This document shows positions 62,442-64,000 of a stretch of 64,000 nucleotides of DNA, piece after piece. Location: NCBI GenBank assembly GCA_963779415.1, contig CAVZYA010000001.1:1504001-1568000 (forward strand). The letters are read 5' to 3'. Position 1 is the first letter of the stretch, and the number at the start of each line of letters is the position of its first letter. The notes beneath the pieces are model-generated. The model saw only the letters and a list, made by a program, of their open reading frames with translations. It was not told where the DNA came from and ran no database searches. The stretch is from an uncultured Acidobacteriota bacterium. GTDB lineage: Bacteria > Acidobacteriota > Thermoanaerobaculia > UBA5066. Both the position numbers and the translations under genes were made by a program.

Positions 62442-63563
62442 ATGCGGCGCCTCAGACCCGTCGCCCTCGCGCTCCTTCTCGCCGTCCCGGAGGAGCTCCC
62501 GGCCGGGGACGGCCCCGACGTCGTCCTCTACCTCGTCGGGGATGCCGGGACGAAGGTCCCGGAGGCCGCCGTCGTCCTCGGGCCGCTGGCGGCCGACGCC
62601 GCCCGCGACCGGGCGCGAAGCGTGATCGCGATCCTCGGCGACAACCTCTATCCCGCCGGACTCCCTCCTCCCGGCGCACCGGACCGCGCGGAGATGGAGA
62701 CGCGCCTCGAGGCGCAGCTCGCCACCGCGAGGGCCGCGGGGCGGGCCGTCCTCGTGCCTGGAAACCACGACTGGGCCGCCTGGACGAGGGACGGCTGGAA
62801 CGCGATCCGGCGGCAGGACGACTTCGTGAACGCGCATGGCGGGGAGACGGTCTCCTTCGCTCCTCCGGGGGGTTGTCCGGGCCCTGTCGTCTTCGACGTG
62901 GGAGAGACCGTCCGGCTCCTCGCCCTCGACACCCAGTGGTGGCTTCACAAGCACGAGAAGCCGGTCGGGCCTTCCTCCCCCTGCGCCCAGAAGAGCGAGG
63001 AGGACGTCGTCGCCGCGCTTCGCGAGGCGCTCCGGACCGCAGGAGGGCGGAAAACGGTCGTCCTCGCGCACCACGCACTCGAGTCGGGAGGCTACTCCGG
63101 CTCGCACATCACCTGGCAGGACCACATCTTTCCCCTCACCTGGTTCGTCGACTGGCTCTGGCTCCCGTTGCCCGGCATCGGATCCCTCACGGTCGCCGGG
63201 CGCTACGCCTTCGGCAACCAGCAGTCCCAGATGGCCCCGAAGTACCGCAACCTGAAGGAGGCGATGGCCCGGGCCTTCGCCGGAGCCCCTCCCTTCATCT
63301 GGGCCGCGGGACACGACCACGACCTTCAGGTCATCCGCCTCCCCGGCAAGGGCCAGACCTGGAACCTCATCAGCGGTGCCGGCGGCGGGAAAGGCATCGC
63401 GGCGCCGGCCCGGGAGATCACCGGGACCGTCTACTTCCGGAGCGAGCCCGGTTACATGAGAATCGCCTTCGAGAAGGAGGGGCCCGCCCGGCTCACCGTC
63501 GTCGGGGTCCCGGGCCCCGGCGTAACGGAGACTCTCTTCTCGACGGACCTGAACCGGGAGTGA
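62442..63563 (+). CDS. Secreted calcineurin-like metallophosphoesterase
   Basis: VGDAG, LGDNLYP, PGNHDW, AHH and GHDH motifs. Confidence 0.9.
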   Translation: MRRLRPVALALLLAVPEELPAGDGPDVVLYLVGDAGTKVPEAAVVLGPLAADAARDRARSVIAILGDNLYPAGLPPPGAPDRAEMETRLEAQLATARAAGRAVLVPGNHDWAAWTRDGWNAIRRQDDFVNAHGGETVSFAPPGGCPGPVVFDVGETVRLLALDTQWWLHKHEKPVGPSSPCAQKSEEDVVAALREALRTAGGRKTVVLAHHALESGGYSGSHITWQDHIFPLTWFVDWLWLPLPGIGSLTVAGRYAFGNQQSQMAPKYRNLKEAMARAFAGAPPFIWAAGHDHDLQVIRLPGKGQTWNLISGAGGGKGIAAPAREITGTVYFRSEPGYMRIAFEKEGPARLTVVGVPGPGVTETLFSTDLNRE

Positions 63564-63728
63564 CGGCCTCACCGCCCGCTCCGGCTTCGCTTTCGGCATC
63601 GTCCGGCACGTCCGCGAGCTCTTCTGGGCTGCGGCCGGGCTCCTCGTCTACTTCATCCGTCGCCGGGCCGTGTCGCCGGGGACTCGCGCCGGCTGACCCC
63701 CGGACGGGCCGGACAGACCGCCCGGACG

Positions 63729-64000
63729 TCAGAGCTCCCCGTGCTCCGTGCGAGAGATGATCTCCTCCTGCAGAGTCTCGGAAAGGTCGCAGAAGTAGTC
63801 ACTGTAGCCCGCAACCCGGACGATGAGGCCGCGGTGGGCTTCCGGATCCGCCTGCGCCGCGCGGAGCGTCTCCGCCGAGACGACGTTGAACTGGACGTGG
63901 TGGCCGTCGGCCCGGAAATACGTTCGGACGAGATGCGCGAGACGGGAGAGCCCCTCGTCGCCTTCGAGGAGTGACGGAGAGAACTTCATGTTGAGAAGCG
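63729..64000 (-). CDS. Glycyl radical enzyme, C-terminal part (5' end outside the window)
   Basis: HVQFNVVS..L..AQ..PE...LIVRVAGYSDYF glycyl-radical loop. Confidence 0.9.
   Translation of the reverse strand, partial: LLNMKFSPSLLEGDEGLSRLAHLVRTYFRADGHHVQFNVVSAETLRAAQADPEAHRGLIVRVAGYSDYFCDLSETLQEEIISRTEHGEL

Overview
High-GC bacterial chromosomal segment; gene content and style suggest Acidobacteriota, possibly Thermoanaerobaculia (inference). It carries about 55 mostly housekeeping and envelope genes: spoIID-like, dnaC-like, a sigma factor, hspR-dnaK, mazG, an envC-dinB-ctpA-like-yibQ block, sthA, aceB, a CoA-transferase, ispA-like, rsbV/rsbW-like, an SLH surface protein with three near-identical 753-bp repeats, hpnI-hpnJ-hpnL, and a partial glycyl radical enzyme. 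A lower-GC accessory island (about 30.6-35.9 kb) holds a frameshifted DUF4062/HATPase/wHTH gene and a SIR2-HerA anti-phage pair. The strongest candidate for an undescribed system is at 26.5-28.9 kb: an ECF sigma factor, a soluble zinc-finger(ZAS)-TPR protein and a small secreted precursor ending in a Cys-loop peptide. The same bipartite motif (GCCTGTCTGAA-N18-ACTT) precedes both the sigma gene and the peptide gene, which suggests an autoinducing peptide-signalling circuit. Several single-base indels in core genes look like assembly errors. No rRNA, tRNA or CRISPR array was seen.
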